A stretch of DNA of 63,836 nt, the filler included. It is 8 parts of 8 records of this genome, joined end to end, with 100 filler letters (N's around TTAATTAATTAA, not from the genome) between each part and the next. Parts side by side here need not be neighbours in the genome. Positions count along the whole stretch, not along the records: positions 1 to 9,089 come from SRR2962707_1326; 7 more parts are not named here. One strand, written 5' to 3'. How positions within the stretch are numbered: position 1 is the first letter of the stretch; each line of letters starts with the position of its first letter. The notes below the pieces were generated by a model. The model was not told where the DNA came from. It did no database searches and saw only the letters and a program-made list of their open reading frames with translations. A program made the translations under genes and the position numbers. This document shows, one piece after another, positions 1 through 9,189 of this stretch.

Positions 1-462
1 CAGCATGAAGCCCTTCACATTGACGCCCATCTCCTTCCAGAGCTGGTCATAGAGTTCCTTGCCACCGGCATTAAGAAACCAGGACATGAAGGCGATGTTG
101 TCGATGCCGATACCGGCACCGGCAACCGGCGAGCCGAACAGCATGGCGGCGGGGTGCTTGCCGGACCAGTAATGGGTCCAGGCGAAACCGCCATCGATGA
201 GGCCAGCGTCAACTGCATCCAGGATTTCCTGAACGCCGACAACCGCACCGGCAGGCAGGATTTCGAATTCAATTTCACCGTCGGTCAGGGCTTTGACGTC
301 ATCGGCAAAATCCTTGAGCATGACCACTTCGTCTGCTGTGTTGGGGATGACCGACTGGACCCTGATCGTCGTCGTTGCATTGGCTGACACGCCAAACAAC
401 GACGTTGCCGCCAGCAGCGCTGCCGCTGCGACACCCTTGGTAAGCTTGGTTAGTCTCGACAT
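1..462 (-). CDS. dctP: TRAP transporter substrate-binding protein (DctP/TakP-like), 3' end truncated at window edge
   Basis: Not in ORF track. Hand translation from ATG 462: MSRLTKLTKGVAAAALLAATSLFGVSANA (signal peptide) ...LTDGEIEFEILPAGAVVGVQEILDAVDAGLIDGGFAWTHYWSGKHPAAMLFGS. GGGAGG RBS at 471-476. Confidence 0.9.
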   Translation of the reverse strand, partial: MSRLTKLTKGVAAAALLAATSLFGVSANATTTIRVQSVIPNTADEVVMLKDFADDVKALTDGEIEFEILPAGAVVGVQEILDAVDAGLIDGGFAWTHYWSGKHPAAMLFGSPVAGAGIGIDNIAFMSWFLNAGGKELYDQLWKEMGVNVKGFML

Positions 463-570
463 GGGGTTCTCCTCCCGTTTCATGTCTCGCCTCCAGTTAA
501 ACCTCAGACCAACCTGACCGGCGAAGGCTTCCCGGACAGTGTATTGGAATGCTTGGGCAGCTATCTCTCC

Positions 571-1218
571 TCACGATAAGCCGCTTCCCAGCATCGTTAG
601 AATCCCGGTTTCGGGGTCGACAATGCCGCGATAGAACATGTCACCGGCGACGTAGATCAGCACCACCAGGCCGAGCCAGGAAATGGCCGGGTAGCGGGTC
701 AGGATCTTCATGATCAAGGTCGCGGCGAAGGCCATCAGCAGGATTGCCAGACCGAGGCCGAACACCAGCATATTGGTGTTGCCGTCAGCGATGGCTGCCA
801 CGGCAAGCACATTGTCGATCGACATCGAGAGATCGGCGATGGTGATGGAAATCAGTGCCTGGACAATCGTCTTGCGTGGCGGGCCGGTATAACCCTCATC
901 ATCATGGTCGGCGGTTTCAAGCGCTTCAGCGGCTTCCCGGTCGATGTTGTCGCGGATTTCACCATAGAGGCGCCAGCAGACCCAGAAGAGCAGCAAGGCC
1001 CCCAAAAACAGCAGCCCGGGCACACCGAGCAGCTTGGTGGCGACCAGTGCAAACACAATGCGAAGCCCGGCAGCCACGATAATGCCGTACAAAATGGCGC
1101 GTTTGCGCATTTCAGGCGATAAGGACGCGGCTGCCATGCCGATGATCAGCGCATTGTCTCCCGACAACACCAGATCTGCCAGAACAATGGCTCCGAAATC
1201 GAAAAACTGCTGCAGCAT
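571..1218 (-). CDS. TerC/YjbE family integral membrane protein
   Basis: DLVLSGDNALIIG and ADLSMSIDNVLAVA are the two TerC acidic motifs; several hydrophobic helices. Confidence 0.9.
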   Translation of the reverse strand: MLQQFFDFGAIVLADLVLSGDNALIIGMAAASLSPEMRKRAILYGIIVAAGLRIVFALVATKLLGVPGLLFLGALLLFWVCWRLYGEIRDNIDREAAEALETADHDDEGYTGPPRKTIVQALISITIADLSMSIDNVLAVAAIADGNTNMLVFGLGLAILLMAFAATLIMKILTRYPAISWLGLVVLIYVAGDMFYRGIVDPETGILTMLGSGLS

Positions 1219-1255
1219 CAGCGGGCTCCCCGCAGGCTTGGCCGGACATTGGCTT

Positions 1256-2854
1256 TCATGAGCGCATGTCCTCCCGGATCATGTCCGAAGCTTTCTCGCC
1301 GATCATGATGGCCGGCGCATTGGTGTTGCCGGACACGATGACCGGCATGATCGAGGCGTCGGCTACCCGCAGGCCGTCGATCCCCCGGACGCGCAGCCGT
1401 TCATCAACCACAGCCATCGGGTCCGATCCCATCTTGCAGGTTCCGGTCGGGTGATAGATCGTCGTCGCGGTGTCGCGGGCCCATTTCAGCAGACCGTCGA
1501 AATCCTCGTCAGGTAACGCCTTGCCCGGTGCATGCTCTTCTGTGATCAGGCCCGCAACCGGCGCATGCCGGCAAATGCGGCGAGCCATGCGGATGCCTTC
1601 GACAATGGTTTGCTGATCAAGCGGCGTGGCCAGATAGTTGGGGTGGATCAGCGGATGATCCTCAACCCGGGCCGAACGCAAGCGGATTTCACCGCTGCTT
1701 TCGGGCCTCAATTGCAGAACGGACGCGGTGAAGGCGTCGAAATCATCGGTGTCGGTGGTCGGATTATTGGCGCTGAAGGGCTGGATGTGAAACTGGATGT
1801 CAGGCGTGTCGAGATCCGGCCTGGTCTTGAGGAAGCCGGTTCCGAGGCTGGCTGCTAGGGTGAGCGGGCCCGAGCGGTTGAGCATGTATTCCATGCCGAT
1901 CCGGGCCTGGTTGAAAAGCCCGCGGGTGCGGGTGTTGATGGTGGGTGCGGTGCAACGGTAAACCGGTCGGGCCTGCAGGTGATCCTGCAGGTTTTGCCCG
2001 ACGCCCGGAAGCTCTTTCTTGAGCGAAATGCCGTGCCCGGCAAGGTGCTCAGGCTCGCCGATGCCCGACAGCATCAGGATCTGCGGCGTTCCGATGGCTC
2101 CGGCCGAAAGAATGATCTCGCGTCGTGCCGCGATCCTCAGCGGCGAACCGTGGCGGCGGCCGCGGACGGAAACCGCGCGGCCTTCGGCAAGCTCGATGGT
2201 GTCGACCTGCATATGGGTGAAGACCTCGAGGTTCTTCCGGGATCTCGCGGGTTTGAGGAACGCTTTGGCCGAACTGCAGCGCAGTCCGTTTCGCGCCGTC
2301 AGCTGGAAATAGCCGACACCTTCCTGGCTGGCGCCATTGTAATCGGGGTTGAAGGGGAAACCCGCCGATCTGGCGGCCTCGACCCAGGCATCGACCACCT
2401 GCCAGGACTGGCGCGACCGGGAGACTGACAATCCGCCTTTCGTTCCGCGAACCGGATCAGCCGGGCCTTCCCAGGCTTCGCTGCGCTTGAACAGCGGCAG
2501 CAGATCATCCCAGCCCCAGCCGAGATTGCCCATCTGCCGCCAGCGATCATAATCCTGCGGCTGGCCGCGGACATAAAGCAGGCCATTGATCGAGCTTGAG
2601 CCGCCCAGCGTCTTGCCGCGTGGCCAGTTCAGCGAGCGGCCATTGAGGCCCTTGTCTGCCTCGGTCCGGTACATCCAGTTGAGCGCCGGATCCTTGATGG
2701 TCTTGAAATAGCCGACCGGCACATGAATCCACGGCGATGCATCGCGTCCGCCGGCTTCAATCAATGCCACCGAGACCGACGGATCAGCCGAAAGCCGGTT
2801 GGCCAAGACGCAACCTGCTGATCCCGCTCCGACGATGACAAAGTCAAATTCCAA
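1256..2854 (-). CDS. GMC family FAD oxidoreductase (choline dehydrogenase-like)
   Basis: FDFVIVGAGSAGCVLANRLS, RGKTLGGSSSING, GQNLQDH, YHPTGTCKMG, GNTNAPAIMIGEK. Start is probably TTG at 2854 (AGGTG upstream); ORF track extends to 2872. Confidence 0.93.
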   Translation of the reverse strand: MEFDFVIVGAGSAGCVLANRLSADPSVSVALIEAGGRDASPWIHVPVGYFKTIKDPALNWMYRTEADKGLNGRSLNWPRGKTLGGSSSINGLLYVRGQPQDYDRWRQMGNLGWGWDDLLPLFKRSEAWEGPADPVRGTKGGLSVSRSRQSWQVVDAWVEAARSAGFPFNPDYNGASQEGVGYFQLTARNGLRCSSAKAFLKPARSRKNLEVFTHMQVDTIELAEGRAVSVRGRRHGSPLRIAARREIILSAGAIGTPQILMLSGIGEPEHLAGHGISLKKELPGVGQNLQDHLQARPVYRCTAPTINTRTRGLFNQARIGMEYMLNRSGPLTLAASLGTGFLKTRPDLDTPDIQFHIQPFSANNPTTDTDDFDAFTASVLQLRPESSGEIRLRSARVEDHPLIHPNYLATPLDQQTIVEGIRMARRICRHAPVAGLITEEHAPGKALPDEDFDGLLKWARDTATTIYHPTGTCKMGSDPMAVVDERLRVRGIDGLRVADASIMPVIVSGNTNAPAIMIGEKASDMIREDMRS

Positions 2855-2876
2855 GTAAAAACACCTATGCATGCAA

Positions 2877-2901
2877 TTATTGAGACTTTACTTCTCGTTA
2901 A
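2877..2901. promoter_or_regulatory. Imperfect palindrome, candidate IclR operator in the divergent promoter
   Basis: TTATTGAGA-ctttact-TCTCGTTAA lies between the divergent GMC and IclR genes. Confidence 0.4.
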
Positions 2902-2973
2902 TCATCGTATTCACTTCTTGAGCCATAGCGCAAGAGGGAGGCCAGCTGGCTTTAGTGATTTGTCAGGACTGGA

Positions 2974-3741
2974 TTGAACATGCCGAATTCGGAAGACCGC
3001 ATCGCCACCAACTTGCGCACCCTGCTGATCCTTGAAGTGGTCGGCACAACGGGCGAGCCGATGACGCCGACCGAAATCAACCAGTCCATCGGGCTTCCGA
3101 AACAGACCATCCACCGGCTTTGCACGACGCTGGTGGAGGAGGGATTTCTGGTCTACGAGCCGAACGGCAAGCGGCTGCGAGCCGCGCGCCGGGCCCGCGC
3201 GCTCGGTGCGGGATTGCTGCATTCGTCGCGGGATCACATCCTGCGCCGGCAGATCCTGGTCGAACTTGCCCAGAAGACCGGCGAAACAATCAATTATGTG
3301 GTTCCGGAGGATGCCGGGATGAGCTACCTCGACCGGGTGGAAACCGGCTGGGCGTTCCGGGTGCAACTGCCGATCGGATCGCACGTACCGTTTCATTGCA
3401 CGGCCAGCGGCAAGACCTTCCTGGCCAGTCTCGACTCGCGGAAACGCAAGGCGTTTGCGCATGGCCTGACGCTGGAGCAGAAAACGCCCAAGACCATTAC
3501 CGATCCCAATGCGCTGCTTACGGAACTGTCAGCGGTTTCCAAGAACGGCTATGCCATCGACAATGAGGAATTCATGGATGGCATGGTGGCAATCGCGGTT
3601 CCGGTGATGGACAAGTCCGGGCGGTTTCTGGCGGCGATTGCCTGTCACGGGCCGAACATTCGGCTGTCGGCGGAAACCCTTCGCGGTTTTCTGGGCGACT
3701 TCAACATTGCCGTTGAAAAGATGCGGGGCGTGCTGACCTGA
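2974..3741 (+). CDS. IclR family transcriptional regulator
   Basis: N-terminal HTH (TPTEINQSIGLPKQTIHRLCTTLVEEGFL), PFHCTASGK, GYAIDNEE..G...IAVPV. ATG at 2980 is an alternative start. Confidence 0.93.
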   Translation: MNMPNSEDRIATNLRTLLILEVVGTTGEPMTPTEINQSIGLPKQTIHRLCTTLVEEGFLVYEPNGKRLRAARRARALGAGLLHSSRDHILRRQILVELAQKTGETINYVVPEDAGMSYLDRVETGWAFRVQLPIGSHVPFHCTASGKTFLASLDSRKRKAFAHGLTLEQKTPKTITDPNALLTELSAVSKNGYAIDNEEFMDGMVAIAVPVMDKSGRFLAAIACHGPNIRLSAETLRGFLGDFNIAVEKMRGVLT

Positions 3742-3766
3742 CGCTCCTGTCCGGCGAAAGACCTAT

Positions 3767-4975
3767 TTATGATGCCGTGCTCGGCGCCGTTTCATAGTCT
3801 GCGGCACAATGGGCGATGATCGCACCTATGTGGCGACAGTCCTCGACCGAGAAGGTCAGCGGCAACCGCATGTCGAACAGGCCAGAGAGAATGCGATCGG
3901 TTTCGGGCAGCGCCTGCCGCTCGACATAGCGCCAACTGTGGTGGTTGGAGGTGAAACCCACCGGAGCAGCCGCGCCAAACCACTTCAATTCGACACCCAG
4001 AGCCTTGTTTGCAGCGACAAAGGCCTCAGCCGCTTGAGGTGAAATTCCGGGCAGGCGAAACTGGATGGAGCTGCCGACATAGCGCTCCTGATCCGGGCGC
4101 TTGCGCAGCACGATGCCAGCCGCACCGCGCAGCTGGTTTTCCACCGCCCGGTAGCGTTCGTTCCAGCGGTCGATGCTGTCGTCCAGCCGGGCAAGCTGCG
4201 GCAGGAGAATGGCCGCGCGCAGATTGTCCATGCGGCCTGACATGTTGGGTGTTTCCAGCCGGATTCGCTCGAAGACATCGGCAGCTGGAGCTTCTCCATG
4301 GCGCTCATAGAGCATGTAGGAGCCCGAAAGGATAATGGCGCGCGCCATGAAATCGGGATCATCGGAGGTGAGCAAACCACCTTCGCCGGAATTGAGATGC
4401 TTGTAGGTCTGGGTGGAAAAACACCCCGCCAGGCCGAAATTGCCGCTTTTCCTGCCGTTCCAGGCCGCCCCCATGGTGTGAGCGCAATCCTCGATCAGGA
4501 TCAGATCGTGTTTGCGGACGATCCCGTCAAGACGCTCCATGTCGGCCAGATGACCGCGCATGTTCGACAGCAACAGGAAACGTGCGCCCGATGTCTTGGC
4601 CTTGCGCTCGAGATCCTCAAGATCGATCACCATGTCTTCGGTGATTTCGACGAGCAGCGGTTTGCCGCCGGCTGCGGTGATGGCGCCGGGGACGGGCGCA
4701 AGCGTGAAGCCGTTTGTGAGAACCGTTTCACCCTGCCCGAGACCTGCCGCGCGCAAGGCAATCGCCATGGCATATCCACCCGAGGCACATGCCAGACAAT
4801 AACGCGCGCCCTGGTAGGCGGCATAGGCCTGTTCCAGTTCAGAGGCCTTTGACAGTTCGCCCGGTTCGCTGTTGTAGCGATGCAGGCGGCCAGACCTCAG
4901 AACCTCGGTGGCTGCTGCAATGACCGTGTCATCCAGCGATTCCTGCTGGGTAAAATTGCCGGAAAACGGTTTCAA
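3767..4975 (-). CDS. DegT/DnrJ/EryC1/StrS family PLP-dependent aminotransferase
   Basis: LIEDCAHTMGA, FSTQTYKHLNSGEGG (PLP lysine). TTG start with AGGAGG RBS at 4984-4989. Confidence 0.9.
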   Translation of the reverse strand: MKPFSGNFTQQESLDDTVIAAATEVLRSGRLHRYNSEPGELSKASELEQAYAAYQGARYCLACASGGYAMAIALRAAGLGQGETVLTNGFTLAPVPGAITAAGGKPLLVEITEDMVIDLEDLERKAKTSGARFLLLSNMRGHLADMERLDGIVRKHDLILIEDCAHTMGAAWNGRKSGNFGLAGCFSTQTYKHLNSGEGGLLTSDDPDFMARAIILSGSYMLYERHGEAPAADVFERIRLETPNMSGRMDNLRAAILLPQLARLDDSIDRWNERYRAVENQLRGAAGIVLRKRPDQERYVGSSIQFRLPGISPQAAEAFVAANKALGVELKWFGAAAPVGFTSNHHSWRYVERQALPETDRILSGLFDMRLPLTFSVEDCRHIGAIIAHCAADYETAPSTAS

Positions 4976-5195
4976 GGGACGACCTCCTGAGCCAGATGCT
5001 TGGCGTTACCCGGCATAGGACGAACCCGACCCAAGTCTTACGACCAGTTCGGGAACATTGATAAGGTCAAGACCGTTCTGTCAGTGCAACTGCCACGGTC
5101 AGCACCAACCCGGAAGCGAGTCTGCGCGTCCTGCGAGGCTGGTCCCAGGCTTGTCTGTTGGACGAATGGCCCCCCAAATTACAAGGGGTCGTTGT

Positions 5196-5247
5196 TGCAA
5201 TGCAATAAATCCATGCTACGCTCCGCCACCGTTTGCGCGCTGCAACA
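5196..5247. promoter_or_regulatory. Two candidate PhaR (AniA) boxes upstream of phaZ
   Basis: TGCAATGCA at 5196-5204 and CGCGCTGCAACA at 5236-5247 resemble the TGCRNYGCA-type PhaR motif of rhizobia. Confidence 0.5.
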
Positions 5248-5327
5248 AGTCAGACTCCGGTAAGGATATGACGTGCATGATGGCGCAAACCGGGCAGCCT
5301 GTCTGTCGCAACAAGAGGCATACCATC

Positions 5328-6611
5328 ATGTTCTACCAGATGTATGAACTTAACCACGCGGCCATCGCGCCGATGCGCGCCTACGCCGACGCAATGCGCC
5401 TGACATTCCAGAACCCGATCAATCCGATGTCCCACACGCAGCTCGGCCGCTCGGTCGCCGCCGGGTTTGAGCTGTTCGAGCGGACAACGCGCCGCTACGG
5501 CAAGCCGGCCTTCGGACTTGATGAAACAGCCCTGGACACCGGAAAGGTGTCCGTACATGAGAAAACTGTCTGGTCGCGGCCGTTTTGCAAGCTGATCCAT
5601 TTCGAGCGCGCCTTGCCGGCCAACCACAAGCCGGATCCCAAGATCCTGGTCGTTGCACCGATGTCGGGCCATTATGCCACGCTGCTGCGCGGCACTGTCG
5701 AAACCTTGCTGCCCAAGGCCGAGGTGTACATCACCGACTGGACGGACGCCCGGACGGTGCCGGTGAGCGAAGGGCGCTTCGATCTTGACGACTATATCGA
5801 TTATGTCATTTCGATGCTGCACGCACTTGGCCCCGACACCCATGTGATGGCCGTCTGCCAACCTGCCGTGCCGGTGCTGGCAGCCGTCGCGTTGATGGAA
5901 GAAAGCGGTGACAAGTTCGCACCGACAACCATGACGCTGATGGGCGGCCCAATCGATACCCGCATCAACCCGACCGGCGTCAACGAGCTGGCGCAGGCCA
6001 AGCCGATCGAGTGGTTCGAGGACAATGTCACCATGCAGGTGCCGTGGCCGCTGCCGGGCTTCTCCCGCAATGTCTATCCGGGCTTTCTGCAATTGTCAGG
6101 CTTCATGACGATGAACCTCGACCGTCACATGATCGCGCAGAAGGATTTCTACAATCATCTGGTCAAGAACGATGGCGATTCCGCCGAACGGCATCGCGAA
6201 TTCTACGACGAATATCTCGCGGTCATGGATATGACTGCCGAGTTCTACCTGCAGACCGTCGATACGGTGTTCATCAAGCATTCGCTGCCCAAGGGCGAAA
6301 TGATGTATCGCGGCCGCAAGGTCGACACCAAGGCCATTCGCAATGTAGCCCTGATGACGGTGGAAGGCGAGAATGACGACATCTCGGGTCTGGGCCAGAC
6401 CGAAGCGGCGCAGACCATCTGCCCCAACATTCCCGATGACATGCGGCACCATTATGTGCAGCCGGATGTCGGCCACTACGGCGTCTTCAACGGATCACGT
6501 TTCCGCGCGGAGATCGCGCCGCGGATTCTTGATTTTACCCGCACGCACGCACGCGGCAATAGCACCAAGAAGGCCGCGCCGAAGGTCATCAAGGGCGGCC
6601 GGAGCGACTGA
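5328..6611 (+). CDS. phaZ: Intracellular polyhydroxyalkanoate depolymerase
   Basis: VAPMSGHYATLLRGTV, AVCQP (catalytic Cys), MGGPIDTR, VEGENDDISG, VGHYGVFNG. Start at ATG 5328 (MFYQMYE) with AGAGG RBS. Confidence 0.95.
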   Translation: MFYQMYELNHAAIAPMRAYADAMRLTFQNPINPMSHTQLGRSVAAGFELFERTTRRYGKPAFGLDETALDTGKVSVHEKTVWSRPFCKLIHFERALPANHKPDPKILVVAPMSGHYATLLRGTVETLLPKAEVYITDWTDARTVPVSEGRFDLDDYIDYVISMLHALGPDTHVMAVCQPAVPVLAAVALMEESGDKFAPTTMTLMGGPIDTRINPTGVNELAQAKPIEWFEDNVTMQVPWPLPGFSRNVYPGFLQLSGFMTMNLDRHMIAQKDFYNHLVKNDGDSAERHREFYDEYLAVMDMTAEFYLQTVDTVFIKHSLPKGEMMYRGRKVDTKAIRNVALMTVEGENDDISGLGQTEAAQTICPNIPDDMRHHYVQPDVGHYGVFNGSRFRAEIAPRILDFTRTHARGNSTKKAAPKVIKGGRSD

Positions 6612-6640
6612 CGCGAAAATTAAATGGCATTTTAGAGGCT

Positions 6641-6672
6641 CGATATTTCCCTTTTAAAACAGGGAAATATCG
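6641..6672. repeat. Perfect 12-bp inverted repeat after phaZ (terminator or operator)
   Basis: CGATATTTCCCT-tttaaaac-AGGGAAATATCG. Confidence 0.8.
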
Positions 6673-6690
6673 GATTTCTGCGACCATTTT

Positions 6691-6720
6691 CTTGAATAGG
6701 ATCGCGGTTCATACCACATC
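6691..6720 (+). promoter_or_regulatory. Candidate RpoH (sigma32-type) promoter of the DUF2852 gene
   Basis: CTTGAA-N17-CCACATC resembles the alphaproteobacterial RpoH consensus CTTGAA-N16/17-CCTATAT. Confidence 0.45.
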
Positions 6721-6773
6721 AAATACACTAGGGAACGATCCCCGCTTCCCTTCACCAGATGAGGTTTTGACCT

Positions 6774-7199
6774 ATGACACAGACCGCATTGATCCGTCCC
6801 GCCTGGACGCCGGCAACCATCGCCCTGATGGTTCTGGGCTTCATGGTATTCTGGCCACTCGGCCTTGCCATGCTCGCCTATATTATCTGGGGTGAACGGC
6901 TTGACGGGTTCAAGGCAGACGTGAACCGCGCGACCGATGACTTCACCGGCGTGTTCCGCAAGAACCGTCCCGGCATGCGCACCAGCAGCGGCAACGCTGC
7001 CTTTGACGACTGGCGCGACACCGAGCTTTCACGGCTTGATGAAGAGCGCAAGAAGCTCGACGAGATGCGCCGCGAATTCGACCAGCATATGCGTGATCTG
7101 CGCATGGCGCGGGATCGCGAGGAGTTCAATCGCTTCATGGCTGACCGCAAGGCCAGCCAGGCCAGAACGTCGGGTTCCGTGCCTGACATCAACGCCTGA
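6774..7199 (+). CDS. DUF2852 domain protein
   Basis: IALMVLGFMVFWPLGLAMLAYIIW...SSGNAAFDDWR...L.RLDEE...F...LR.ARDREEF.RFM. Confidence 0.9.
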   Translation: MTQTALIRPAWTPATIALMVLGFMVFWPLGLAMLAYIIWGERLDGFKADVNRATDDFTGVFRKNRPGMRTSSGNAAFDDWRDTELSRLDEERKKLDEMRREFDQHMRDLRMARDREEFNRFMADRKASQARTSGSVPDINA

Positions 7200-7225
7200 G
7201 TTACACTGCAAATGACCTCCTACGG

Positions 7226-7254
7226 AGGGCGGCGTTGATAGCGCCGCCCTTTTT
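7226..7254 (+). terminator. Rho-independent terminator
   Basis: AGGGCGGCGT-tgata-GCGCCGCCCT followed by a T-tract. Confidence 0.85.
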
Positions 7255-7326
7255 GCTGTGCCTTTGCCAAACCCGGATTGGTTAAAAGGAATATTTCAGT
7301 CCTTGTGTGGCAACCGAATCGGATAA

Positions 7327-8082
7327 ATGAACGACATGTTTGGACTTGGTCGCCCTTCTCGCAGAACCACAACGCCGCGGCCCGCTGCTGTCAGCGTCAA
7401 TGGTCGCGAGCTGCCGTTGTCGATCCGCGAAAACGCGCGGGCCACCCGCATGACACTTCGCATCGAGCCCGGCGGACAGGCGCTCAAGCTGACCATTCCC
7501 AAGGGATTGCCCGGCCGGGAGATCGATGAATTTCTCACCCGCCACCACGGCTGGCTGATGACCCGTCTGGCGCGGGTGGAAGAGACCGGACCGCTGGCGG
7601 ACCAGGGCACGATCACCATCCGAGGAGTTGAACACCGGATCAAGATGACCGGAAAGCTGCGCGGGCTGGCCGAGCAGACCGAGATCGACGGCGAGCCGAC
7701 TCTGCTGCTCTCCTGTCTGCCGGAGCATATCGGTCGACGGGTGTCCGATCACCTGAAGCGGGTGGCGAAGGTTGAAATGGAACGGCTTGTCCGGGTCCAT
7801 GCGACGGCATTGGGCAAACCGTTCGGATCGATCTCCTACAAGGACACCAAGAGCCGCTGGGGATCGTGCACCTCAGAGGGAAACCTGTCGTTTTCCTGGC
7901 GGATTGCGATGGCGCCGGATTTTGTCATTGATTATCTCGCGGCGCATGAAGTCGCGCATCTGAAGGAAATGAACCACGGACCGGATTTCTGGGCGGCCTG
8001 CAAGGCGCTGTGTCCACGCACCAAGGAAGCCAAGCGCTGGCTCAAGCAGAACGGCTCGCGGTTGTTTGCGGTGACATTCTAG
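7327..8082 (+). CDS. M48/YgjP-like (DUF45) zinc metallohydrolase
   Basis: KSRWGSC, YLAAHEVAHLKEMNHGPDFW (HExxH). Confidence 0.9.
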   Translation: MNDMFGLGRPSRRTTTPRPAAVSVNGRELPLSIRENARATRMTLRIEPGGQALKLTIPKGLPGREIDEFLTRHHGWLMTRLARVEETGPLADQGTITIRGVEHRIKMTGKLRGLAEQTEIDGEPTLLLSCLPEHIGRRVSDHLKRVAKVEMERLVRVHATALGKPFGSISYKDTKSRWGSCTSEGNLSFSWRIAMAPDFVIDYLAAHEVAHLKEMNHGPDFWAACKALCPRTKEAKRWLKQNGSRLFAVTF

Positions 8083-8178
8083 AGTCCATGCCTGTAGCCA
8101 TCTTTACGGCAGGTCCGCGACGATTGTCGCAGCATCAATATCTCGACTCTCAGCCGGAATTATGCGACGTCAGCCGCC

Positions 8179-8844
8179 ATGACGATAGAGATCAAGATTT
8201 GTGGCCTGAGCACGCCTGAAGCGGTGGATCGCGTAGCCGATCTGAACGCCGATATGGCCGGGTTCATCTTTTTCGAGAAAAGCCCGCGTCACGTGGCAAT
8301 CGAGACTGCCGCTGCACTGGCCGAGCGGGCACGGACCCGTGGATTGGCGACAGTGGCGGTCACGGTCGACATGGATGATGCCGGGCTGGACGAAATTGTC
8401 GGTCGCATGAAGCCGGACTGGCTGCAATTGCATGGCAGCGAAAGCCCTGAGCGCGCAGCCGAGCTCAGGGCCCGCTACGGATTGCCGGTGATGAAGGCAT
8501 TCGCTATCCGCGAGGCTACCGATCTTGATCGCATTGCTCCCTATCAGGGCATTGCCGACCGGTTCCTGTTCGACGCCAAGCCGCCGAAAGGCTCTGATCT
8601 GCCCGGCGGCAATGGTGTAAGCTTTGACTGGCAGCTTCTTGCCACGCTTGACGGGACCGCTAGTTACATGCTTTCCGGTGGATTGACCAAAGACAATATC
8701 GGCGAAGCGCTTTCTATCAGCGGTGCGACCATGGTCGATGTGTCATCCGGCGTCGAGAGCGCACCCGGTGTCAAAGACCTCGATATGATGGATGCATTTG
8801 TCCGCGCGGTGCACGATGCGGACAAAGGACGGCTTCAGGAGTAG
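8179..8844 (+). CDS. trpF: Phosphoribosylanthranilate isomerase
   Basis: [47 protein letters not shown]. Confidence 0.97.
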   Translation: MTIEIKICGLSTPEAVDRVADLNADMAGFIFFEKSPRHVAIETAAALAERARTRGLATVAVTVDMDDAGLDEIVGRMKPDWLQLHGSESPERAAELRARYGLPVMKAFAIREATDLDRIAPYQGIADRFLFDAKPPKGSDLPGGNGVSFDWQLLATLDGTASYMLSGGLTKDNIGEALSISGATMVDVSSGVESAPGVKDLDMMDAFVRAVHDADKGRLQE

Positions 8845-8849
8845 ATGAT

Positions 8850-9089
8850 TTGAACCAGACAAACACCCCAAACTCATTCCGGACCGGCCCTGACGAACAG
8901 GGTATGTTCGGAATTTTCGGCGGTCGTTTCGTTGCCGAAACACTTATGCCGCTGATCCTGGAGCTGGAAGAGGAATGGACCAAGGCGAAAGCCGATCCGG
9001 CCTTTCGCGCCGAGCTTGATCATCTCAACGCCCATTATGTCGGGCGGCCATCGCCGCTCTATTTTGCCGAGCGACTGACCGAGCATCTG
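8850..9089 (+). CDS. trpB: Tryptophan synthase beta chain, 5' part (truncated by contig end)
   Basis: [22 protein letters not shown]...[15 protein letters not shown]; follows trpF. Confidence 0.95.
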
Positions 9090-9189
9090 NNNNNNNNNNN
9101 NNNNNNNNNNNNNNNNNNNNNNNNNNNNNNNNNTTAATTAATTAANNNNNNNNNNNNNNNNNNNNNNNNNNNNNNNNNNNNNNNNNNNN
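9090..9189. other. Artificial contig spacer
   Basis: N44-TTAATTAATTAA-N44 (stops in all six frames). Confidence 0.98.

Noticed and set aside
5058-5327. 90-aa N-terminal extension of PhaZ in the ORF track
   Set aside because: Family similarity and an RBS begin at ATG 5328; the upstream part looks like promoter DNA.
9134-9145. Recurrent TTAATTAATTAA palindrome as a biological repeat or TTAA transposon target
   Set aside because: Always centred in exactly 100 nt of N padding; it is an artificial six-frame stop linker.
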